Assembly: GCA_031414595.1 (NCBI GenBank)
Contig: JANNVX010000086.1
Span: 48,686 to 112,685 of the forward strand
DNA: 64,000 bases
Source: Deinococcales bacterium
GTDB lineage: Bacteria; Deinococcota; Deinococci; Deinococcales; JAAFIG01
Reading direction: 5' to 3'
The notes below the pieces were generated by a model that worked only from the letters and a program-made list of their open reading frames with translations, ran no database searches and had not been told where the DNA came from. The position numbers and the translations under genes are program-made. Positions 57,612 through 64,000 of the stretch are shown here, piece by piece (position 1 is the first letter of the stretch; each line of letters begins with the position of its first letter).

Positions 57612-58772
57612 TTATTTAGGAACAACAATTTTACCTTCGGCAATCCGGGCTGGAAAAACCGTGATTGGTTTACCCTTTTGAATTTGGGTAATGATCGAAA
57701 TAACTGGATTCTGATTCTTATAGCCACGGTAATCCAAAAACCGCACAGGACCAAAACCCGTGGAAATACGGGTCGTCTCGAGGGCAGAACGCACTTTTTC
57801 GCGGTCTGTTGTACCACCAGCCCGTTTAATTGCATCGGCGGCGGTCAGCATTGCGGCATACGACTGGGCGGCATGTTGACTTGGTTCTTCACCAAGTTCA
57901 GTTTTTAGGTTGGCGTATAATTCTTGCGCCCCCGGATAACGCACATCATCATTCCAAGCCACACTGACCAGCATGTTATCGGCTGCATCGGTGGCATTTT
58001 TAGGAAAGCTCGGCAGGGCAAAACCTGTCGCAAAACCAGCAAAGAAAAAGTTCGGTTTTAAGCCAATTTCTTTGGCTTGACGCATAATCGCAATGCTATC
58101 GGCTTCATAACTGGCAAACATCACCACATCAGGATTTTGTGCCTTAAAACGGTTTAAGATTGGGCGGAAATCGGTAAGCCCAGAATCGTATTTATCGGTG
58201 GCTAAACTAAAACCACGTCCACTCATTCGCACCACGTCAGTTGCAATACTGTTGCCAAAGGCATCATTGGAACTTAAGAGCGCTAATTTTTTAATCGCTT
58301 TATACTGCCCAAACAACTCAAAAAAAGCATCCGAATAGGCACTCGAGGCATTGTTGACCCGAAAAGTATAATCATTGCCCGGGCGAGTTATTGTTTCATC
58401 CACCGCCGTTGCCACCAAAAGCGGCACTTTGACTCGAGCCGCATATAAACTCAAGGGTTTGGTAATTCCACTGGCATATGCCCCAATCATTAAAGGCACA
58501 CCTGCATTCTGCAACTTCTCGGCAGCCGCAAGGGCTTTATTGGTGTCTGAAGCATCGTCTTCAAGTAACATCTCGACTTTACGCCCAAAGAGACCGCCCT
58601 TGGCATTCAGTTCATTTAACGCCACTTGAAAACCAGCTTTTTGCATCTTGCCAAAGGTCGCAAAACGACCAGTTAAACTGGTGATTGCCCCAACTTTAAT
58701 GGTTTCGGTTTGTGCTTGGCTCGAGACCAAACCAAGAGCGCCAAGCGCCAGAATTCCAAGAATTAATTTCAT
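57612..58772 (-). CDS. ABC substrate-binding protein (Leu/Ile/Val-binding family), copy 2
   Basis: Signal peptide, IKVGAITSLTG, TDFRPIL and TGFGPVRF. Confidence 0.88.
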   Translation of the reverse strand: MKLILGILALGALGLVSSQAQTETIKVGAITSLTGRFATFGKMQKAGFQVALNELNAKGGLFGRKVEMLLEDDASDTNKALAAAEKLQNAGVPLMIGAYASGITKPLSLYAARVKVPLLVATAVDETITRPGNDYTFRVNNASSAYSDAFFELFGQYKAIKKLALLSSNDAFGNSIATDVVRMSGRGFSLATDKYDSGLTDFRPILNRFKAQNPDVVMFASYEADSIAIMRQAKEIGLKPNFFFAGFATGFALPSFPKNATDAADNMLVSVAWNDDVRYPGAQELYANLKTELGEEPSQHAAQSYAAMLTAADAIKRAGGTTDREKVRSALETTRISTGFGPVRFLDYRGYKNQNPVISIITQIQKGKPITVFPARIAEGKIVVPK

Positions 58773-58844
58773 AAAACTCCTTTGGCTCGAGGGTTAGGCT
58801 CGAGCGATTTGTAAGACTGAAAGGATATGAAACAAAGTAATGTG

Positions 58845-58955
58845 TTACGAACTCCCCCCAGCGCGGAGCGCTGACCCCCTCGAAAAAGAGGGGGTTTCTG
58901 GCTTTGTAACCCCCTCTTTTTCGAGGGGGTCGCCGAAGGCGGGGGGAGTTCGTAA
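58845..58955. repeat. 111-bp nested palindromic element
   Basis: 15-bp terminal arms TTACGAACTCCCCCC/GGGGGGAGTTCGTAA enclosing mutually inverted CCCCCTCGAAAAAGAGGGGG units. Confidence 0.8.
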
Positions 58956-58970
58956 GAGGTCACGTTTCTA

Positions 58971-60173
58971 TTAGCGCTTTTCCCATGCTGGGGTTGGAAA
59001 GAGCATCTTGGCATTAAATAGACTCTTTGGGTAGACTGGTACAAACTCGAGTTTGCCGCGAGCATTGCGTTGGACTTGCTGGGCAACCATGCCTAAGCGG
59101 TTTTGTCCTTTGTAACCCGAATAATTCTCGAATTTAACACGCCCGTATGGGGTTTGAATGTCGAGAGTTTGCAGGGCTTTGTTGATTGCTTCGCGGTCTG
59201 TGGCACTACCCGCTTTTTTGATCGCTTCGGCAGCAACCAGCACACTCGAGTGGGCTTGGGCAGCGTGGTAGGTTGGCTCGAGTCCACCAAGTTGAGTAAT
59301 TAAGCCAGTGTAGAGTTTTGGATTGCCGGGGGTTTTCATTTCTGGTACCCAAGCGGTGGCAGTCACGACAAATTCGCTGGCATCGCCAGCGCCAGTCATA
59401 AATTCTGGTAAGGCAAATCCGGCTGCGCCACCGGCAAAGAGCTTTGGATTTAAGCCAATTTCTTTGGCTTGGCGCATCACGGCAACGCTGTCTTCTTGGT
59501 AGCCGACCAGCATCACGGCTTCTGGGGTTTTGGCTTTGAAACCATTTAAGATTGGGCGAAAATCGGTTAAGCCACGGTCATAAGTTTGTTGGGTCACAAT
59601 CGCTATATTTCTGGCTTTACCTTCGTCTATGGCACTGTTCAACACGCTTTTTTCAAATGCGCCCGAACCCGCCAGAATTGCCACCGATTTAATGTCAACA
59701 TCCTCAAAAATTTGGAAAAGGATTTTGGCGTACTCGTCGGTCGGTGGGTTGATGCGGTAGACATAATCAAAACCGGGCTTGGTGATGCTTTCATCTGAAC
59801 TCGAGACAACAATGTTCGGCACTTTTTGGCGTGATAAATACTGGGCTTGGGCTTTGACAATACTCGAGGAATACTCGTTTAGGATTACACCAACACCAGC
59901 GTTGACCAGTTTTTCGGCGGCGGCTAAGCCTTTATTGACATCCGAAGCACTGTCCTCGAGAATCAGTTCGACTTTTTGCTTATTAATTCCGCCACGTCCG
60001 TTAATCTCACGCACTGCCAATTCAAAACCAGCTTTTTGTTGCTTACCAAATTCGGCAAGCCTGCCTGTAAGCGTGGTGATTGCCCCAATTTTAATCGTGC
60101 TTTGTTGTCCAAAAGCACCAATTCCAACGGTGAGGGCGGCTGTGACCAAAACGATTGCTTTGCCATGCTTCAT
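58971..60173 (-). CDS. ABC substrate-binding protein (Leu/Ile/Val-binding family), copy 1
   Basis: Paralog of 57612-58772. GGAGG RBS. Confidence 0.88.
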   Translation of the reverse strand: MKHGKAIVLVTAALTVGIGAFGQQSTIKIGAITTLTGRLAEFGKQQKAGFELAVREINGRGGINKQKVELILEDSASDVNKGLAAAEKLVNAGVGVILNEYSSSIVKAQAQYLSRQKVPNIVVSSSDESITKPGFDYVYRINPPTDEYAKILFQIFEDVDIKSVAILAGSGAFEKSVLNSAIDEGKARNIAIVTQQTYDRGLTDFRPILNGFKAKTPEAVMLVGYQEDSVAVMRQAKEIGLNPKLFAGGAAGFALPEFMTGAGDASEFVVTATAWVPEMKTPGNPKLYTGLITQLGGLEPTYHAAQAHSSVLVAAEAIKKAGSATDREAINKALQTLDIQTPYGRVKFENYSGYKGQNRLGMVAQQVQRNARGKLEFVPVYPKSLFNAKMLFPTPAWEKR

Positions 60174-60236
60174 ATAAAACCTCCAAAATCCCTTTTTACC
60201 ACACCTTGGATGTGGTTTTTCTGCTCGAGTATCAAC

Positions 60237-60247
60237 TTGTCTGACAA
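60237..60247. promoter_or_regulatory. FadR/GntR-type operator
   Basis: TTGTCTGACAA fits the TnGT-N3-ACnA consensus, between the divergent SBP and regulator genes. Confidence 0.6.
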
Positions 60248-60356
60248 CCTGATGATATGATAGAGTAAATCGAAAGTCAAGTCACACTTGAAGCGTACCC
60301 TCGGACACATCTACCTCAAAACACCAAGAAAAACACGTTCTGTAAGGAAAAATCTC

Positions 60357-61037
60357 ATGCGATTGCCCAGCCTTAACCCACAACCGCTAGACCGACAACG
60401 CCTCGGGGACATTGTGGCTGAACGCATGGGCGAATGGATTAACGACTCGCAACTAAAACCCGGCGACAGGCTACCGAGCGAACCAGAACTCAGTCAGCAT
60501 TTTGGTGTTGCCCGCAGCGTTGTGCGCGAAGCCCTCGCCAAACTCAAAACCCTCGGGATTATCGAAGTTTTCCAAGGCAAGGGCGCATTTGTTGCCGATA
60601 TGCCGCTCGAGTTACTGTATTTACGGGTTCGGCGCTTAAACCCAGAAAGTACCAACCCCAAACACCTCTGGGAAATTCGCACGATTTTAGAAATGCAAAG
60701 TGCCAGCGAAGCTGCCAAAAAACGCAGCCGCGACGACTTACTTAACTTAGACCGAATCATTCAAGAAAGCCACCAGAACCACGCTAAAAACGCACCTTAC
60801 AGCGACGAAAATGAACGCTTTCACCGACTTGTGGCAAGAGCCAGTGGCAACCCGATTCTCGAGCAGTTGATTTCGGATTTAATCGGCTTACTGGCAAAAC
60901 AAATTGTGCTACGTGGCACACCAAGTACCTTGGAGCATCAAAAGATTTTAGATGCCATTCGCAGCCACGAGCCAGAAAAAGCAGCGCAACTGATGAAGCA
61001 ACATCTGCAAAACTCGAGTTTATTAGAGTCAAAATAA
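60357..61037 (+). CDS. FadR/GntR family transcriptional regulator
   Basis: PGDRLPSE...GVARSVVREAL, plus an FCD domain (FH..V..ASGN, EH..I). ATG 60357 follows AAGGA. Confidence 0.9.
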   Translation: MRLPSLNPQPLDRQRLGDIVAERMGEWINDSQLKPGDRLPSEPELSQHFGVARSVVREALAKLKTLGIIEVFQGKGAFVADMPLELLYLRVRRLNPESTNPKHLWEIRTILEMQSASEAAKKRSRDDLLNLDRIIQESHQNHAKNAPYSDENERFHRLVARASGNPILEQLISDLIGLLAKQIVLRGTPSTLEHQKILDAIRSHEPEKAAQLMKQHLQNSSLLESK

Positions 61038-61038
61038 A

Positions 61039-61311
61039 TTAGCGAAGTGACCTAATTAGCCGTTCATACTCATCGTGTCCACCAATCCAAAACCATGTAA
61101 TCACATCGCCTTCCACTGTTGCCAAGACTCTATATGCCAGTGTCACTCGAGCCGCATATAAACCAATTCTAGGATTTTTGCACGCAAACTGCAAACTTGG
61201 ATGCTGTGGATTTGCCCGAAATAAGCGATACGCTTCTCGAGCTTGAAATTGTATAGCCTCAGGCAAGGCATAAAATGCTTTCCAAAAACGGGTAGTGGTT
61301 TCAGAGGTCAC
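61039..61311 (-). CDS. RelE/ParE-superfamily toxin
   Basis: F..AF..LP...Q..A..AY.LF..NP.HPSL.F...YR.L....WFWIG.H.EY. GAGG RBS plus GTG at 61311. Confidence 0.8.
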   Translation of the reverse strand: MTSETTTRFWKAFYALPEAIQFQAREAYRLFRANPQHPSLQFACKNPRIGLYAARVTLAYRVLATVEGDVITWFWIGGHDEYERLIRSLR

Positions 61312-61349
61312 TTTGTACCTCAAAAGATGCTAGTATCGGGAGGATTCCT

Positions 61350-61568
61350 ATGACTGCTTTACTTGAAAGAGCCTTTACTGAAACCAAACGATTGCCCGAA
61401 ACAGAGCAGAATCGTGTGGCTGAATGGTTGCTTTTAGAACTTGAAGACGATAAACGCTGGGACGACCAATTTGCAGATTCAATGGATATTCTCGAGCAGT
61501 TGGTTGCAGAAGCTAAACTTGAATCTAGGCAGGGTAAAACTAGGTCACTGACACCTGACCAGTTATAA
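61350..61568 (+). CDS. Putative cognate antitoxin
   Basis: MT.LLE.AF....LP..EQ..A...L.ELEDD.RWD..FA.S...LE.L..EA pattern typical of partners of this toxin family. GGAGG RBS. Confidence 0.72.
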   Translation: MTALLERAFTETKRLPETEQNRVAEWLLLELEDDKRWDDQFADSMDILEQLVAEAKLESRQGKTRSLTPDQL

Positions 61569-62306
61569 TTCATCCGCATCCGTCACCTCGATTACGAGGT
61601 CTATGTTTGCTTGCAACGCAGTTATCCAACGCCCACGTTGTGCAGATGTCCAACTGCCTTTTTGTGGAAGTTGTCTAACAAGAGCAGTAACTAAGTCGAA
61701 ACTTACTCTAGTTTCTGTGTTTGCGGACATATGTTCTGTTAAAAGTGGGGTATTAGCTCGAGTAAGTACGGTGCTTGGTACACTTTGTAAATCTTGTGAA
61801 GGAAATTTATTCACTTTTGGTTTTGTACTGCGTTCCGACTGAATTTGTCGTTCAGATTTCTTAATGACTTCACCCGAGATAACTAAGCCAGCTTCACGGC
61901 ACAAGCCCAAGAATAACGCCACCATTCTATCTCGTTGAGCTTGAGGGTCGTATTGCCGAAACGCATCCTCTATGCGTTCTCGTGTGTCTTGAGCAGGGTC
62001 TACAATAACGAAAATTTCTGTATAAGCACTTTGAATAATTTGTAGAAGTTCTAAAGGATAAGTCTCACTAGATGCCCGTCGTAGAACATCAAATTTTTCT
62101 GTGTGACATCCTGACACATCAAGTAATCCAAGGAATCTTAATGCCACCAAAGTAAAAGGAGCTACACCATGTGTAATTCCCACTGATTTCAAAATTTTAT
62201 TATCAACAGGCTCAGGGAGTCCTCTTTCACGGTATCTTTTAATTACAGAGATTACACTGGTAGCTGGGGCATATGGAGCTTTTCTTATGATTGTAGACTG
62301 CATCAT
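61563..62306 (-). CDS. DUF5343-like protein
   Basis: APYAP..V...I...R...LP, L.FLGL.D..G, and LF.GLC.EAG patterns. AT-rich. Confidence 0.6.
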   Translation of the reverse strand: MMQSTIIRKAPYAPATSVISVIKRYRERGLPEPVDNKILKSVGITHGVAPFTLVALRFLGLLDVSGCHTEKFDVLRRASSETYPLELLQIIQSAYTEIFVIVDPAQDTRERIEDAFRQYDPQAQRDRMVALFLGLCREAGLVISGEVIKKSERQIQSERSTKPKVNKFPSQDLQSVPSTVLTRANTPLLTEHMSANTETRVSFDLVTALVRQLPQKGSWTSAQRGRWITALQANIDLVIEVTDADEL

Positions 62307-62327
62307 ATATACAAATTAGCATAATGG

Positions 62328-62359
62328 AATAGCATTGTCAATTTATTGACAATGCTATT
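62328..62359. promoter_or_regulatory. Perfect 15-bp inverted repeat carrying TTGACA on both strands
   Basis: AATAGCATTGTCAAT-TT-ATTGACAATGCTATT. Confidence 0.7.
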
Positions 62360-62469
62360 AGTGAAATACAAATAATTGCATTTTATGACAAGTACGGGCG
62401 TTTAAGAATAGAGCAACTACGAGTCTTCAAAAAGCCAAATTTCCCTCGAGTATTGTGTCAAAATACCGT

Positions 62470-63636
62470 ATGTTTGATTATTTTAAGGCACTTGAAACCT
62501 TATCCCCCGAAGAAAAAGACATTCATGCACTGGTGCGCGAATTTGTGGATAAAGAAATCATTCCCCATGTTGGCGCATGGTGGGACGAAGGCACACTGCC
62601 CCGCGACCTGATTAGCCGAATGGGTGCGCTTGGACTGCTAGGACCAACCACACCCGAACAGTACGGCGGGGCTGGCATCTCGAGTACCGCGTATGGCTTA
62701 ATTTGTTATGAACTCGAGCGTGGAGATTCTGGGGTGCGTTCTAGTGCCAGTGTCCAAGGCAGTTTGGTGATGTACCCGATTTTTGCGTATGGCTCGGAAG
62801 AACAACGCCTGAAATATCTTCCTGAGCTTGCCAGCGGCAAAATGATTGGTTGCTTTGGCTTGACCGAATCCGACGGCGGTTCTGACCCCGGTGCAATGCG
62901 AACAAGGGCAGTCAAAGATGGCGATTCTTATGTTCTGAATGGCTCTAAAATGTGGATTACCAACAGCCCCATTGCCGATATAGCTGTGGTCTGGGCAAAA
63001 CTCGAGGAAAACGGGGTGGATGTCATCCGAGGTTTTATTGTGCCAAGGCAAGCCAAGGGGTTCAGCACACCAAAAATACTGCACAAACAAAGTCTACGTG
63101 CCAGTATTACCGGTGAAATTGTTCTCGAGGACTGCCGCATTCCGCTCGAGAATTTACTGCCAAAATCTGGTGGACTAAAATCACCACTTGGCTGCCTGAC
63201 CCAAGCGCGGTACGGCATTGCGTGGGGCGCGTTGGGCGCACTCGAAGCTGTTTATACCGGAACCCTCGAGTACACCAAAACCCGCACGACTTTTGGCAAA
63301 CCGATTGCCGCACGGCAACTTGTGCAAGACAAACTGACTTGGATGGCAACCCAGCACACGCTAGGGCTGCTGATGGCAAAACGCCTTGGCGAACACAAAG
63401 ACGGCGGCACAATGAATTACGCCCAAGTCAGTATGGCTAAACGCAACAATGTGCGAGTAGCATTACAAGGCGCGCGGTTGGCTCGAGAATTACATGGCGG
63501 GAACGGGATAACCACCGAGTACCCAATTATTCGGCATATGCTGAACCTCGAGACGGTGGACACTTATGAAGGAACGCACGACATTCACACCCTGATTGTC
63601 GGACGGGATTTAACGGGTTTGAATGCCCTTGAGTGA
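62470..63636 (+). CDS. Acyl-CoA dehydrogenase, glutaryl-CoA dehydrogenase-like
   Basis: Motifs ERGDSG.RS..SVQ.SL, FGLTE..GGSD, KMWITN and TYEGTHDIH. Confidence 0.9.
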   Translation: MFDYFKALETLSPEEKDIHALVREFVDKEIIPHVGAWWDEGTLPRDLISRMGALGLLGPTTPEQYGGAGISSTAYGLICYELERGDSGVRSSASVQGSLVMYPIFAYGSEEQRLKYLPELASGKMIGCFGLTESDGGSDPGAMRTRAVKDGDSYVLNGSKMWITNSPIADIAVVWAKLEENGVDVIRGFIVPRQAKGFSTPKILHKQSLRASITGEIVLEDCRIPLENLLPKSGGLKSPLGCLTQARYGIAWGALGALEAVYTGTLEYTKTRTTFGKPIAARQLVQDKLTWMATQHTLGLLMAKRLGEHKDGGTMNYAQVSMAKRNNVRVALQGARLARELHGGNGITTEYPIIRHMLNLETVDTYEGTHDIHTLIVGRDLTGLNALE

Positions 63637-64000
63637 TAAAAACGATATATTCATCTTTTGAACCACTAGCACCCAACATATTGTAACCAAAACAAATGAG
63701 TTGCCCAAATTCCTAGACTCGAGTTCACACACGCTCGATACTCGAGCCTCAAAGGTCAAACATTCCTGTCTCTGACGACATCCACTCTATTTTCTCGAGA
63801 CCATGCCGAAACGCTTGACAGGACTACAAATGGATGATACATTCTTTGTCGCTCTGCATGAGGGCAATTCCGAAAGGAAAAGCAACCTCGACAAAGCGCG
63901 CTCCTTGACAGTTTGAGTGCAAAGCGAGAACCCGAACCAATGGACACATTGGTTTAATCCAAGAAGAGAAATTCGTTTTAATTCTTGTGGTTCTAAAATC

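Noticed and set aside
58769-59086. 105-aa minus-strand ORF spanning the SBP spacer
   Set aside because: Translation of the palindromic element plus an alternative frame of the SBP gene.
63640-64000. Short ORFs at the right edge
   Set aside because: No frame gives a recognisable protein. A gene 3' end on the minus strand is possible but cannot be resolved inside the window.

Overview
This is a 64-kb chromosomal window of a roughly 50%-GC bacterium, almost certainly Deinococcota. The evidence is a DUF1999 gene, a Thermus-type dnaX A-run, TAnnnT -10 boxes 5-7 nt before many start codons, and an RDRM/DdrO-like box. Housekeeping genes are trmFO, aroB, dnaX, surE, rsfS, glgP, scpB, hbd, trpBA, a liv-type ABC cluster and an acyl-CoA dehydrogenase. 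No rRNA, tRNA, CRISPR array or intact transposase/integrase was seen. Main observations: (1) The palindrome CTCGAG is hyper-abundant and HIP1-like (about 47 copies in the first 10 kb by hand count, versus about 2-3 expected), while GGCC and GATC appear avoided. (2) A 6.5-kb island is bounded by 83-bp direct repeats of the scpB 5' end that stop exactly at CTCGAG. It carries a lipoprotein-PKD-nuclease polymorphic toxin, a DUF1963-like immunity gene, a beta-propeller lipoprotein and a cheA fragment. (3) A non-DdrA Rad52-like gene has a radiation-desiccation response motif abutting its -10 box. (4) Four tandem paralogous secreted two-repeat proteins have a duplicated upstream region containing 11-bp phased repeats. 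(5) dnaX has an A8 slippage site and a translated REP element. (6) A yybP-ykoY Mn riboswitch controls alx, a 31-aa microprotein and a Zn-ribbon gene. (7) Two toxin-antitoxin loci are broken or rearranged. All family assignments come from motif recognition, not database searches.
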